In this document: piece by piece, positions 1 to 13,581 of the stretch | Layout: each line of letters opens with the position of its first letter | Numbering within the stretch: position 1 is the first letter of the stretch | From: Macrostomum lignano | Lineage: Eukaryota | Length of the DNA stretch: 64,000 nucleotides | Direction of reading: 5' to 3' | NCBI GenBank assembly: GCA_002269645.1 | Contig: NIVC01000137.1 | Span: 62,001-126,000 of the forward strand | Position numbers and translations under genes: made by a program | Notes under the pieces: model-generated | What the model saw: only the letters and a program-made list of their open reading frames with translations | Database searches by the model: none | What the model was told of the DNA's origin: nothing

Positions 1-549
<549 letters not shown>

Positions 550-1099
550 AAGCGAATTCCATTTTTCCATATCGATTCAGTGTGCTCTACCTCTAGTAGG
601 ATAAAAGGAAATTGTGATTTTTTAGCCTCAGGAAGCTTCAAATTTGGACAACAGCAGACCTCCTCAACGTCACCAGAACGAAACACACCCGCACTACCAG
701 AAGCTATGGAAATGCGCACCTTGCAGGCCGCCAAGCCAATGCTGGCCTTCACCACTGCACACGGCCTGCTTTATAAACATGGACCAGTTACAAGTCAGCA
801 ATAAACAGGCCTGGGCTGATTGCTGGGACAGTGCAGAGACGAATGAGGGGGGGGGGGGGGGAAAGCCTGAACTGCCAACCCAGCCACCCAACCCCAGGCT
901 GCGCACCGGGGAGCTCTTTTTCCGATTTTAGATTTAGAAAATACTGGAGAGGAAAGGTCTGTCGCCTTTCTTTTTTTGCCAGATTAGGAAAAATATATTT
1001 TTTCTGAAGCTTGTTCTTAACTTTGAAAAGAAATTAAATTTTCCTGCATAAAGTCGTCTACAGTCAACAACTGTCAAGTCAGGGCCTCTGAAACCTCTG

Positions 1100-1532
1100 G
1101 GTGCTGGCGCCCCTGGTGCTGGCGCCCCTTGGTGCTGGCGCCCCTTGGTGCTGGCGCCCCTTGGTGCTGGCGCCCTTTGGTGCTGGCGCCCCTTGGTGCT
1201 GGCGCCCCTTGGTGCTGGCGCCCCTTGGTGCTGGCGCCCCTTGGTGCTGGCGAACTTTGGTGCTGGCGCCCTTTGGTGCTGGCGCCCCTTGGTGCTGGCG
1301 CCCTTTGGTGCTGGCGCCCTTTGGTGCTGGCGCCCCTTGGTGCTGGCGCCCTTTGGTGCTGGCGCCCCTTGGTGCTGGCGCCCCTTGGTGCTGGCGCCCT
1401 TTGGTGCTGGCGCCCTTTGGTGCTGGCGCCCCTTGGTGCTGGCGCCCCTTGGTGCTGGCGCCCCTTGGTGCTGGCGCCCCTTGGTGCTGGCGCCCCTTGG
1501 TGCTGGCGCCCCTTGGTGCTGGCGCCCCTCGG
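1100..1532. repeat. 16-bp minisatellite GGTGCTGGCGCCCCTT
   Basis: Direct tandem units; accounts for the ORFs at 1074-1763. Confidence 0.97.
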
Positions 1533-2191
1533 CGCTGCAGAACTAGGAGCTCTTATAACCGGAAACTCCCTAACCAGAATCTCTCTCTGCTGCAGTTCGG
1601 CCCAGTGTTCCATGGCTGCAGTCATGTACACCAGCTGCGCGCACATAAGTAAAGCGAGCGCACTGCCCCTCCCCCTGACGCCAAGAGTAAAACTGATACG
1701 AGCGTGAAGAGCTGAGAGGCAGCTTGAACTGCAGTCACTTTGGAGCCAGCTAAATAAAGCCATTACTAATTTCGCATGTTGCCTATTTATAGCACTAAAC
1801 TAAATAATTCCTGCAGTCTACATCTCAAACAATAGTATTTCAACCAGCAACAAGTGAGATGTACAGTCAATCTGTTAAAGGTGAGTTCAATGCTACTTAA
1901 ACTGCAGTTGTACAAAACCCCTTACCCCTACGCTCGTACTTCAATAGAAAGCGAACTTGCATGGGCTGGGTGCTAGTTGAAATTGTATTTATTTACTAAC
2001 AGGCTAAGGCCATACAGTTAGCACTGCTTATTGCAATTTTGTGCACTTGGGTCTGATTGAAGCTTGCTATACCTGTTGTTCAAGCAGAATTCCAGTACTA
2101 GATAAACAATGTATTTTTGAGTGCAAATAAGTGTGCGCAGATTAACATGGGTGAGTTGGCACTTTCATGTCTCCCGTAGTCTTGTTCCTCT

Positions 2192-2945
2192 AGCGCCCCT
2201 TGGTGCTAAAGCCCTTTGGCGCTGAAGCCCTTTGGTGCTAAAGCCCTTTGGTGCTGGCGCCCCTTGGTGCTAAAGCCCCTTGGTGCTAAAGCCCCTTGGT
2301 GCTAAAGCCCCTTGGTGCTAAAGCCCCTTGGTGCTAAAGCCCCTTGGTGCTAAAGCCCCTTGGTGCTAAAGCCCCTTGGTGCTAAAGCCCCTTGGTGCTA
2401 AAGCCCCTTGGTGCTAAAGCCCCTTGGTGCTAAAGCCCCTTGGTGCTAAAGCCCCTTGGTGCTAAAGCCCCTTGGTGCTAAAGCCCCTTGGTGCTAAAGT
2501 CCCTTGGTGCTAAAGCCCCTTGGTGCTAAAGCCCCTTGGTGCTAAAGCCCCTTGGTGCTAAAGCCCCTTGGTGCTAAAGCCCCTTGGTGCTAAAGCCCCT
2601 TGGTGCTAAAGCCCCTTGGTGCTAAAGCCCCTTGGTGCTAAAGCCCCTTGGTGCTAAAGCCCCTTGGTGCTAAAGCCCCTTGGTGCTAAAGCCCCTTGGT
2701 GCTAAAGCCCCTTGGTGCTAAAGCCCCTTGGTGCTAAAGCCCCTTGGTGCTAAAGCCCCTTGGTGCTAAAGCCCCTTGGTGCTAAAGCCCCTTGGTGCTG
2801 AAGCCCTTTGGTGCTAAAGCCCCTTGGTGCTAAAGCCCCATGGTGCTAAAGCCCCTTGGTCCTAAAGCCCCTTGGTGCTAAAGCCCCTTGGTCCTAAAGC
2901 CCCTTGGTGCTAAAGCCCCTTGGCGCTAAAGTCCCTTGGTGCCCT
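2192..2945. repeat. 16-bp minisatellite GGTGCTAAAGCCCCTT (variant of the 1.1-kb array; short inverted copies near 13100-13230 and 17100)
   Basis: Direct tandem units differing from the 1.1-kb unit by GGC>AAA. Confidence 0.97.
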
Positions 2946-3123
2946 AAACAACAGACTCAAAGACATGCCTAACAACACATCGAATTCCCACACTGGTTTG
3001 TGCCACAGACAGTCTTTGGGCGGAACAATATTGTTTGTGTTAATCTATTCTCATACCCCAATGAATTGTCTTCGTTACCTCTTGAGCAGTAAGGAAGTTG
3101 GGTAGCCCATCAATCAGTAGCCA

Positions 3124-5617
3124 ATGAATTCCAGCCGGTTGCCGGTGGAGTTTTCCTACTCAGTCGAGCGCCGAGAATGCCAGCAAACTGCTCGCGTACA
3201 CCCTCACCCGAACCCCAATCCAGAGTCCGACCTCCACCGAGTGGAGCTGCACTGCCACTTTGAAGGCGCCCTGCGGCCCATCACGGTGTTCAACATCGCC
3301 AAACGGCGCGGTCACAAGCTTCCGGTAGCTACGCCAGAAGAATTCGCCGAGTTCATGCGCCGGAAGGAGCCGTCGCTGCTGCGCGAGTTTCTCAGCTACT
3401 TCCCGGTGCTCATGTCCTTCGTTGCCGGCGATCCAGACGGTATTGTGCAGCTGGCGGTGGACTTTATCGAGGACTGCGCCAAGAACAAGATTGCGTACAT
3501 CGAGAGCAGGTACGTGCCGCAGCTGTTCGCCAAAGACTCCTTCACTGCCGAGGACGGGCTGCAGGCTGTGCTGCGAGGATTCGAGCTGGGCTCGAAACGG
3601 TTCGGCGTCAAGGTGCGATCGATTCTCATTGCGATTCGAGCTATCCCAGGTGCGATTGGAACTTTTATAGTATGATAAGTTCTAGTCTTAGCATCGGAAT
3701 AACAGCAAAGAAATATCGTTGAAACAGCATAGCAACAGCCATAGCAACAGCACAGCAAAAACCATAGCAACAGCATAGCAACAGCCATAGGACAGCACAG
3801 CAAAAACCATAGCAACAACATAGCAACAGCATAGCAACAGCATAGCAACAGCATAGCAACAGCATAGCAACAGTCATAGAAACAGCATAGCAACAGCATA
3901 GCAACAGCATAGCAACAGCATAGCAACAGCATAGCAAAAGCATAGCAACAGTCATAGAAACAGCATAGCAACAGCATAGCAACAGCATAGCAACAGCATA
4001 GCAACAGCATAGCAACAGCATAGCAGCAGCCATAGAAACAGTATAAAAACAACATAGCAACAACATAGAAACGGGATAGCAACAGCATAGCAACAACATA
4101 GCAACAGCATAGCAACAGCATAGCAACAGCATAGCAACAGCATAGCAGCAGCCATAGAAACAGTATAAAAACAACATAGCAACAACATAGAAACGGGATA
4201 GCAACAGCATAGCAACAGTATAAAAACGGTGAGATGACTTAAAAGATTTATAGAGACGTGTAATTCTGACAATTGCAAATATATTTCAATAAATCAATTC
4301 CATTCTTTTCTGCCGTTCCCGCAGAATTCTGCGACGAAACCCTCCGCCTGGCCAAAGCCTACGCCAATCACGGCGTTGTCGGCATCGACGTGGCCGGCGA
4401 CGACAAAGAGGACTACGACAGCGAGCGAGGTGGTACCCACCCGGACATTGTCCGGCTGTTCCAGGAGGCCTACAAGGCCGGCATTCACCGAACAGCGCAC
4501 GCCGGCGAGAACTCGGGCGCAGAGATGGTCACCGAGGCGCTGGACTCGCTGCACGCTGAGCGGATCGGACACGGCTACCACACGCTGGACAATCCGACTC
4601 TGTACCAGGTAGGGCTATGCTATGCCGTTGCTATGCTGTTTTCATACTGTTGCTATGCCGTTGCTATGCTGTTTTCATACTGTTGCTGTGCCGTTGCTAT
4701 GCTGTTTTCATACTGTTGCTATGCCGTTTTCATACTGTTGCTATGCTGTTTTCATACTGTTGCTATGCTGTTTTCATACTGTTGCTGTGCTGTTACTAAG
4801 CCCCTTTTTTCCCAGTCATTTTCACCCAGTCATAATCTCGTTGCTTTTTAAGAATCGACCATTTTTCTAAGAATCGCCCTTCCTTCTAAAAATCGCTTCA
4901 ATTTCTAAGAATCGCCCTTCCTTCTAAAAATCGCTTCAATTTCTAAGAATCGCCCTTCCTTCTAAAAATCGCTTCTATTTCTAAGAATCGCCCTTTCTTC
5001 TAAAAATCGCTTCAATTTCTAAGAATCGCCCTTCCTTCTAAAAATCGCTTCTATTTCTAAGAATCGCCCTTCCTTCTAAAAATCGCTTCTATTTCTAAGA
5101 ATCGCCCTTTCTTCTAAAAATCGCTTCTATTTCTAAGAATCGCCCTTTCTTCTAAAAATCGCTTCAATTTCTAAGAATCGCCCTTTCTTCTAAAAATCGC
5201 TTCAATTTGTAAGAATCGCGCTCCTTTCTAGGAGTCATTCTAATCAAGTCCAATTGTTTTATTGTCCTCAAACGGCTAACGCTCTCGCATCTCCAGCGCA
5301 TACTGCACGACCGAGTCCACCTGGAGACCTGCCCGCTGTCTAGCCACCTGACCTCGGCGGTGCTCACGGACTGGCCCCATCATCCAATCCACAGGCTGGC
5401 GGCCGACAAAGCCAACTACTCCATCAATACGGACGATCCCACTTTCACTGGCCAATGGCTCGACGCGGAATACCGGATGTGCTTGGACCGCATCGGCCTA
5501 CCGCCCTGGGAGCTGGTGCGCACCAACTATTGCGCCGCGAGGTCCAGCTTCCTGCCGGAAGAGGAGAAAGCCGACCTCATCGCTCAACTGGACGCTTACT
5601 ATCGGGTGCGACTGTGA
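3124..5617 (+). CDS. ADA: Adenosine deaminase; exons 3124-3649, 4325-4608, 5297-5617
   Basis: ELHCHFEG (HxH metal ligands), YIESRYVPQL, GIDVAGDD, HAGE, RIGHGY, HLETCPLSS, SINTDDP. GT-AG junctions in consistent phases (1, 0). The exact start codon is uncertain. Confidence 0.95.
3722..4222. repeat. 11-bp minisatellite CATAGCAACAG in ADA intron 1
   Basis: Tandem units. Confidence 0.96.
4616..4793. repeat. Same CATAGCAACAG family in inverted orientation (CTGTTGCTATG) in ADA intron 2
   Basis: Units are reverse complements of the intron 1 array. Confidence 0.9.
4846..5210. repeat. ~38-bp minisatellite TTCTAAGAATCGCCCTTCCTTCTAAAAATCGCTTC(A/T)AT in ADA intron 2
   Basis: Tandem units. Confidence 0.95.
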
Positions 5618-5723
5618 GCGCAGCTGTTTATCGAATTCAATTGCGCTGTTTTACGACTCTAAAATAGTTTTACATATAATTGACTGAACATAAACATGAT
5701 TCGAACGTTGTCTACGTGAGATG

Positions 5724-6050
5724 CTTACCTGAGATTTGTACCTGAGATGTGTACCTGAGATGTGTACCTGAGATGAGTACCTGAGATGTGTACCTGAGAT
5801 GTGTACCTGAGATGTGTACCTGAGATGAGTACCTGAGATGTGTACCTGAGATGAGTACCTGAGATGAGATTTGTACCTGAGATGTGTACCTGAGATGAGT
5901 ACCTGAGATGAGTACCTGAGATGTGTACCTGAGATGAGATGTGTACCTGAGATGTGTACCTGAGATGAGATGTGTACCTGAGATGAGATGTGTACCTGAG
6001 ATGTGTACCTGAGATGAGTACCTGAGATGTGTACCTGAAAAGAGATGTGT
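5724..6050. repeat. 13-bp minisatellite GTACCTGAGATG(T/A) downstream of ADA
   Basis: Tandem units. Confidence 0.95.
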
Positions 6051-7463
6051 ACCGCCATGCGGCACTAAATATTAGGAATTTTATACTGCTAAATAAATAT
6101 TAGTTAATTTGTTCAACTGTAACTGCCTAATGAACATCAGTCATAATATAGCTTGTTTTTAAACCATCTAGAATTTAAATATACATAATTTAGTGGTTAA
6201 CAAGTCTCACTGTTAAATCTATGCAATACTGTATTTACCCTTATAATTTTCGACTTCAAGACTACAAAAGTTGAGGGTGTTATTAGTTGTACAGTCACAG
6301 CAGAGTAAATCTGATAAAAGGTGAGCAAACAAGCGTTCAGTGCTTGACATTTAATTTTATTTAACACCTTTACCGTCTACTAGATTTGGGTTTGGCTCTT
6401 ATATCTCTATACAATACTATTTGAAGTCGTGTTTTATGAGCTTCGGCTATTAACGCGATTAGATTAGGCGGTGAGTGTCCATTGTACAGCGTTTGTTTAA
6501 CTGTGCTTGCAGTGGCTTAAGTTTTTTTTTCCTAAAAAATTTTCTGGTCTCAAAAGAAACTCTAGCTTTTACACTACTATTAGTAGTTTTAGTTCAGGGA
6601 AATATCATAGTTAAGTTAGTTAAAGGTTTTCTGCGGGATGCTCGACTAGAAATGCACAGAGAAGTCACACTATTAACACTAGCGCCAGATGGTTCTGAAA
6701 GAATCACGTGACTGGCTCTTTTTCTCATTTTTAAGGCCATATCAATCAAATGCGATTTCAGCCCTATTTTTCGAAACTTCCCGGATTTTGACAGCTGTGG
6801 CCTTAACCCCTAAAAGTAGGGTGGCTCAGGCTATGAAATCCGCCTCCCGGCTTGTCGGAGTCACAGAATTAATTAACAAACCTTCTGGCTTTGTGCCAAT
6901 GAAAACTGGAATCCCGCATTTGGATTTCGTCCATCGCGACCTTATCAACATCCACCATCGACACGGGTGATATAGACAGTCGCCTTCCCGCTCTCAACAT
7001 CAGGAGGGGCTTCCAGACCGCCATCCCTGGTCGAGACAGCATTCCGCTGGATGTCGGCGTGAACCGTCGCAGCCAGGGCATTTACTGCTTCACTGACAGC
7101 TCGTTTTTTAACGACATCGCCAACTTCCACGAGGGTAGGATGCTCTTTCAGGAAAGTCTGCAGCTCGGTGAGCCAAGCAACTGCTCCAGGCAAAACTTTA
7201 GAAGTTTCAACATTCATTTTGGTGAGGCTACCGAGGGAGATTTGCATGGTCCTAACCGCCATGGATTCTTCCAGAGACATATCTCATTGCAAACTGGTTG
7301 CCAATGAGATCGTGGAGAGAGTTCAGGCCAGGGAGGATGCGGGCGTCATGGCTGCGTTTGTCATTGAAATCCGAACTGGAAAAGCAAGCGAATGCAGCAG
7401 ATCTGGAATGCACTCACCGATCCAGTAGTTTCCGTCGGATCCGGGTCCCATCGACATGCATTT

Positions 7464-7680
7464 ATCTGAATGTGGAATGTCGGGTTGGAGCTGCATTTGA
7501 TCTGACTGTGGAATGTCGGGTTGGAGCTGCATTTGATCTGACTGTGGAATGTCGGGTTGGAGCTGCATTTGATCTGACTGTGGAATGTCGGGTTGGAGCT
7601 GCATTTGATCTGACTGTGGAATGTCGGATTGGAGCTGCATTTGATCTGAATGTGGAATGTCGGGTTGGAGCTGCATTTGC
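7464..7680. repeat. 36-bp minisatellite followed by a GA-rich low-complexity tract to ~7880
   Basis: Unit GCTGCATTTGATCTGACTGTGGAATGTCGGGTTGGA. Confidence 0.93.
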
Positions 7681-8577
7681 GCCGGAAGAGGGTGGTAGGT
7701 GAGGGCAGAAGGAGAGGGTGGAGGGAGAGGGCGGAACAAGAGGGAGGAAGTAGAGTGCGGAAGGAGAGGTCGGAGGGAGAGGGAGGAGTAGAGGGCGGAA
7801 GGAGAGATCGGAGGGAGATGGCAGAGGGAGATGGCAGAGGGAGAGGGCGGAAGGAGAGCGCGAAAGGAGAGGGCGGAATCCCAGCTGATGCTCCGTGCTC
7901 GACAGACTCACCAGTCAAGCTGACTCTTCCGTGATCTCTCAGCAATTATTTGAGAATTCAGTCCGCAGCACCCGATACGACGCAATGATGCCAGCCAAAT
8001 ATAAAAGCTCCAAGTCTAAATTATGCAGCAGCTGCGGTCGCCATGACAACCTGGCAGCTCTAGATTTCAACAGAGAATGCCTCTCCCAGAGGCGGTGGGG
8101 ATGGGCTTCATGAAACTGACTGCAGCTCACTGCATGCAGAGCGGGGCCGCATTCGAAGGCTCCGGGACCGGCTTGGAGTCTGAGGCGGCCCGGAGCTGCG
8201 ACTGCTGCCCGCAGCAGCCTCTGGCGACAGGGGCTGCCCATGCGGGACGGCTGGCGGTCTGGGGCCTGAGAGTCGAGAGAGAGAGAGAGAGAATACAAAT
8301 GGGGCCAACCAATTCATTTGTCAAAATCACTCTCTAGCAAATCAAACGGTATAACTGATAATTCCTGACCTCTAGATGTTCAATGAGAAAAGAAATTTAT
8401 CTCTGTTCTCTACTGAGTCTCTCGTCTCCATCAAACTCCTCTTCTGCATGCGGGAGCGCTGAAGATGTGGAAGTGACGTCAAAAGTGGGGCACAGGAGGA
8501 CCATCTCAGGCTGGAGAAACTTTAATATCTGCCCAAGTCTCGATATTTTATAGCATCCGGCAATCTGCGCCCGCCAT

Positions 8578-9097
8578 TGGGAGGGCGCCCCTGTCTCTTA
8601 GGAGGGCGCCCCTGTCTCTTAAGAGGGCGCCCCTATCTCTTAGGAGTACGACCCGGTCTCTTAGGAGGGCGCCCCTGTCTCTTAGGAGGGCGCCCCTGTC
8701 TCTTAGGAGGGCGCCCCTGTCTCTTAGGTTGGCGCCCCTGTCTCTTAGGAGGGCGCCCCTGTCTCTTAGGTTGGCGCCCTGTCTCTTAGGAGGGCGCCCC
8801 TGTCTCTTAGGAGTACGACCCGGTCTCTTAGGAGGGCGCCCCTGTCTCTTAGGAGTACGACCCTGTCTCTTAGGAGGGCGCCCCTGTCTCTTAGGAGGGC
8901 GCCCCTGTCTCTTAGGAGGGCGCCCCTGTCTCTTAGGAGGACGCCCCTGTCTCTTAGGAGGGCGCCCCTGTCTCTTAGGAGGGCGCCCCTGTCTCTTAGG
9001 AGGACGCTCCTGTCTCTTAGGAGGGCGCCCCTGTCTCTTAGGAGGGCGCCCCTGTCTCTTAGGAGGGCGCCCCTGTCTCTTAGGAGGACGCCCCTGT
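8578..9097. repeat. 21-bp minisatellite AGGAGGGCGCCCCTGTCTCTT
   Basis: Tandem units; accounts for the ORFs at 8548-9244. Confidence 0.96.
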
Positions 9098-9716
9098 TTC
9101 CGACGAGGGTCTCCTGGTCTCCTACATGTAGGTAGAGCGTCCCTGCTCCTATCTTCGGTGGCCGGTGGATGCCATGTCCATCTAGATGCTAGATGCTGCG
9201 CGCTCAACACTGGATGCTGGATGCTAGAAGATGCCAGCTGCTAGATGCTAGATGCGAGACGCTAAATACGAGATAAAAGATGCTTACAACATTTATGACG
9301 AGAAGCCAGAACCCCCGGCAAAAAACCTCTCGTTCCCTGCATGGCAGCTCGTGAGCCAGTTATTCGCACGGGTGGAGACGGCGGATTAGTCTAATGGCTG
9401 GATTAGCTGATTTTTACCATTGAAGGTCTCTCTGCGTGCCTCTCGCTGTCTTTTTAGACATTTTTAGAAACAAACTGTTTATTTTGAGAGTTTGTAAGAA
9501 AAAAGAAAGTTTTTGTTATTGTTTATTTTCGAAGTACATCCATGGAAGTAGAGGTACTGCATATTTACTGCAGTTCGATAGAGTTCGATGCTAGTGCAAT
9601 TAGGACAAAAAATACGATATTAATGTTTTAAAGTTGTTGTGTTTAATTTGTGTCTTGTTAAACAGACGCCTTAAACCAGAGATCTATACTGCCCCGTCGG
9701 AATTGTAAAGCTTCTT

Positions 9717-11949
9717 TCAATGCTCTCGTCCGAAGACTTGAATCTCGCACAAGTTCACCAGAAAGTCGGCGTCCAACTCCCACACTTCGACTAGGGAAGA
9801 GCTCGCCAGCTTAGAGGCGGTGCAGGCGAAGTCGATGGCCTCCACGCCATCTTTGCTGATGGACGCCTCGCCAGACCTGATGCAGTCCACGCCGGCCGAG
9901 GCCACCCGGAAGAAGGTCGCGCCGCCGTTGTCTGGCCGGTAGATTCGCACAGACGACACCGGGACAGACGCCTGCGAGGACGAGTTGAAGCCGCCGTACC
10001 AGCTGGGAAAAACGGCTGGACCGGACACAACCGCTGGAGAGTCCGAAGCCAGCTGACCGTCCATCGCGCGGCCGCAGACTCCCGGCTCGGCAACTGAGCA
10101 GTAGGCAAACGGGATCGGCTGCCGGTCGTCAGAGTACGCGACCACCTCGAGGAGGCGCATTTGGATTACCAGCGGCTCGGAGCGGATCATCAGCGAGCTG
10201 ACGTTTTCCAGCTCTCCGGCGGAGCTGCCGTCAGTTGTAAAGCAGTCCAGTGAATGAGGCGCAGACTTTGAGGGTTTATTTGCGTCTCTGACAGTGATTG
10301 GTGCATAGTTGGGTAACTTTGTTAATCTTTTAGAGCTTTAATTTTTACGCAAAATAAAAAAGCAAACATTTCCAACCGCATGCAAGGTTAACGCGTTCAA
10401 GCAGCAGGAGAAATTTGAACCTAAGAAGGTGCATAACGTTCACCTACAAGAGATTCACCCGCAGGAGGTTCACCCGAAGGAGGTTCACCCGAAGGAGGTT
10501 CACCCGCAGTAGGTTTACCCACAGGAGGTTCACCCACAGGAGGTTCACCCGAAGGAGGTTCACCCGCAGTAGGTTTACCCACAGGAGGTTCACCCGAAGG
10601 AGGTTCACCCGAAGGAGGTTTACCCGAAGGAGGTTCACCCGAAGGAGGTTCACCCGAAGGAGGTTCACCCGAAGGAGGTTCACCCGAAGGAGGTTCACCC
10701 GAAGGAGGTTCACCCGAAGAAGGTTCACCCGAAGAAGGTTCACCCGCAGGAGGTTCACCCGCAAGAGGTTCACCCGCAGGAGGTTCACCCGCAGGAGGTT
10801 CACCCGCAGGAGGTTCACCCGAAGGAGGTTCACCCGAAGGAGGTTTACCCGAAGGAGGTTCACCCGAAGGAGGTTCACCCGAAGGAGGTTCACCCGAAGG
10901 AGGTTCACCCGAAGGAGGTTCACCCGAAGGAGGTTCAAGGCGAAGGACATCTCTAGTTAGTTTCTAATATTTGTAGCTCCATTGAAATGCCTATAAAGGA
11001 TAGCTGATAAATAAAAAACCATCAGTGCAGTTATACCAACCCAACCGATTTGCAGCGCAGCTCGTGAGCTCGAGCATTGCTAGCCAAGGACACCGAATAG
11101 TTAGTCCTACCGGCGCCTCCGGCCAGCAGCTTCAGCTCGCTGACTTTGACCAACTGGCCAACCAGGTTGAACACGGCGAAGTAGAAGTTCTCTTCCATTT
11201 TGTGCGCAACGAAGCAGGTAGTGGGGTCGCCATCGCCAGCCAGCTTGCAGGCGCTGTTCTCGGGGGTGCACAGAGCGATGGACAGGGTGCCGGGCAGGGC
11301 TGCGTAATGGACAGGCCATGGCTATATGTATGCACCCAGCGAGTCATTTATTTAGCTCTTTTTTCGTGAAGGTCTTATTTAGTTTTTATTAGATAATTTT
11401 TGTTGATTAGAAATGTTTTCAAAGTTGTCCAATAACAATCTAAACTGAACTGTCGGTTGCACAAGTGCCCATTAGGGCAGGTGTAGTTAGTGATATTTTT
11501 ATTACTAGTATCTTCGTTCTTTCATAATTGCTACTATTAGTAGAGTAGTTTGTTAAAGCTAAAGTTCTATTATTCATTTTATGCGTGCAAAACTTTAATA
11601 TTATTACTGTACATGTAAGTTCAGTAATGATGAAAATGCTAGTTATAAAAGTTTTACATAAATGAATGTGTAAATTTAAAAAGCTCGGTGATTTATTGCT
11701 GTCAAAAGCGCATGATTCATTTAAAATAATCTTCTGAAGTTATTGAAAATTTATCACTTAGCATAGAAAACTACAGCCTAATAATTCCTCTGATTGCTCA
11801 GATTTATAAAACACCTTGGACTTTTCTTATATAAAAATGCTTTGCCATTCACTGAAACTTCATCAAACTAACTTACCTGCTTCGTTAATGGGGCAGACAG
11901 TAGCCAAGCTGAATAGTAGCAAACAGCAGGAAATCGGTACTAATGACAT
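9717..11949 (-). CDS. Secreted protein with tandem galactose-binding-like (F5/8C, F-type lectin-like) domains; exons 11877-11949, 11041-11299, 9717-10287
   Basis: Exon 1 encodes a signal peptide (MSLVPISCCLLLFSLATVCPINEA, donor GTAAGT). Exon 2 has CKLAGDGDPTTCF...FAVFNLVGQLVKVSELKL. Exon 3 ends VNLCEIQVFG, typical of F-lectin-like folds. Phases 1 and 2 fit; the exon 2 donor (GTTGGT) is weak. Confidence 0.62.
10454..10936. repeat. 15-bp minisatellite AGGAGGTTCACCCG(A/C) in intron 2 of the lectin-like gene
   Basis: Tandem units; accounts for the RRFTR ORF. Confidence 0.97.
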
Positions 11950-13581
11950 CCTTCAAGAAAATCTCAGTTTGTAAACAGTGCACACTGCAAGATACTTGAC
12001 AATATTTTTTAATCAAATTGACTGTAGGTTTTTTATAAGCTTTTGGCGACCTGGGTCTGAATTGGGCTATTACGAGCTAAAGTATTGATTAGTTATCGCG
12101 GGGTCACGCCTTGCTCCCTCGGCGCTGATTGGCTGGACAGCCAGCCCGTTCAGACCTGCCCCACTCCCCAATATTCGCTCAGCCTGCAATGTACGTCTGT
12201 TTTCTATGCACTGTACAGTCAGAACAGCCTCTGTCTATTTTGCCACTAAAAAGTCGCAAATGAACTTAATCACTTAACTGAAGGCTCGTGCACTCACACA
12301 GCCATCAAATAAGGGCAAATTTGTGTGATCCACACAGCATGCATCAAATTTGATTCCTATGTACATTGGTTGCGTTACTTGGTGGCTAAATTGATGGCAG
12401 AGTGAATGAGCCTGTCTTAAGATAGCTTAAGAAAATTGTTGCATATTTGTTAACGTTAAATGAGTGAATAAGATGAGAGTCGATGTTTGATGCTTAAAGG
12501 CTTGCTTAAATTGGCATTAAACGAGACGAGAGTTGCATTTGTGTGTAATATTTGGTGGCCGTGTGAACTACCAGTAGTCACGAATGTCTTAACGAAGGCA
12601 GCGAGCTTTTTTCATAAAATTTTGCGCATTAACAAGTTGTAATTTCTCAACCACTTGCTCAACAAAAAGACGTTTTATAAATAATCAAGATACAGTAACT
12701 AATACCGCATATATACTTATGATGCTACTAAATGTAAGCAAAACTCCTTTTAAACAAAATCTGTGCAAAAAGCATCACCCAGATATAAATAAAAGGTTGT
12801 GAGTAGTATGAAGGTAAATATTTATATCGTGTGCTAGCTATGCGAAATTCAGCTGCAAAAGTAGCGATGGATGTACAATCTTATGTGCGTAAAGGTAAAT
12901 AATATGCTCACCAACAGCTACACCCCAACTGAACTAACGCTTTTCACGACACGAAAAGCTAAGCAAAGCTCATTGTTAGTGATTCAGTAAAATGTAACAT
13001 GAAAAAGAGTTCCGTGACTCGTTGTGGAGTCGGGGTCATAGCCTGGATCTTTTATGTCAAATGCAGCGCGCTATTCTACTAAGCTGGGTCTTTACCACCA
13101 GGGGCTTTAGCACCAGGGGCTTTAGCACCAAGGGGCTTTAGCACCAGGGGCTTTAGCACCAGGGGCTTTAGCACCAGGGGCTTTAGCACCAAGGTGCTTT
13201 AGCACAGGGGCGCCATCACCTAGGGCGACAGCAGCAGGGCTATACTTTATAGTTTAAATACTTTATAAACTAGCCTACACTTTATGGTGCGCCGATCGGA
13301 GCCGAGGGAGATGCCGCTTCCCACCTTGGCGGCCCGAACACCAACCGGTCTTGGGCCAGCTGAGTCAATCACTAATTACATTGCTTAACTTTTGTGCCGC
13401 GCTGTTCCTGATTGCATGGTTATGTATCACCATGAAGGCGTACAAGCATTCTCAGAATGAGACAGTACGAGTAATGAACTATACGAGTTCCAGATAAGAA
13501 ATAAGAATTAAAATATCATTAAGTTCATTGTTAATGTTTTTGTTAAAACCCGGGCAAGAAATTCAGATTCTTCTCAATTGA

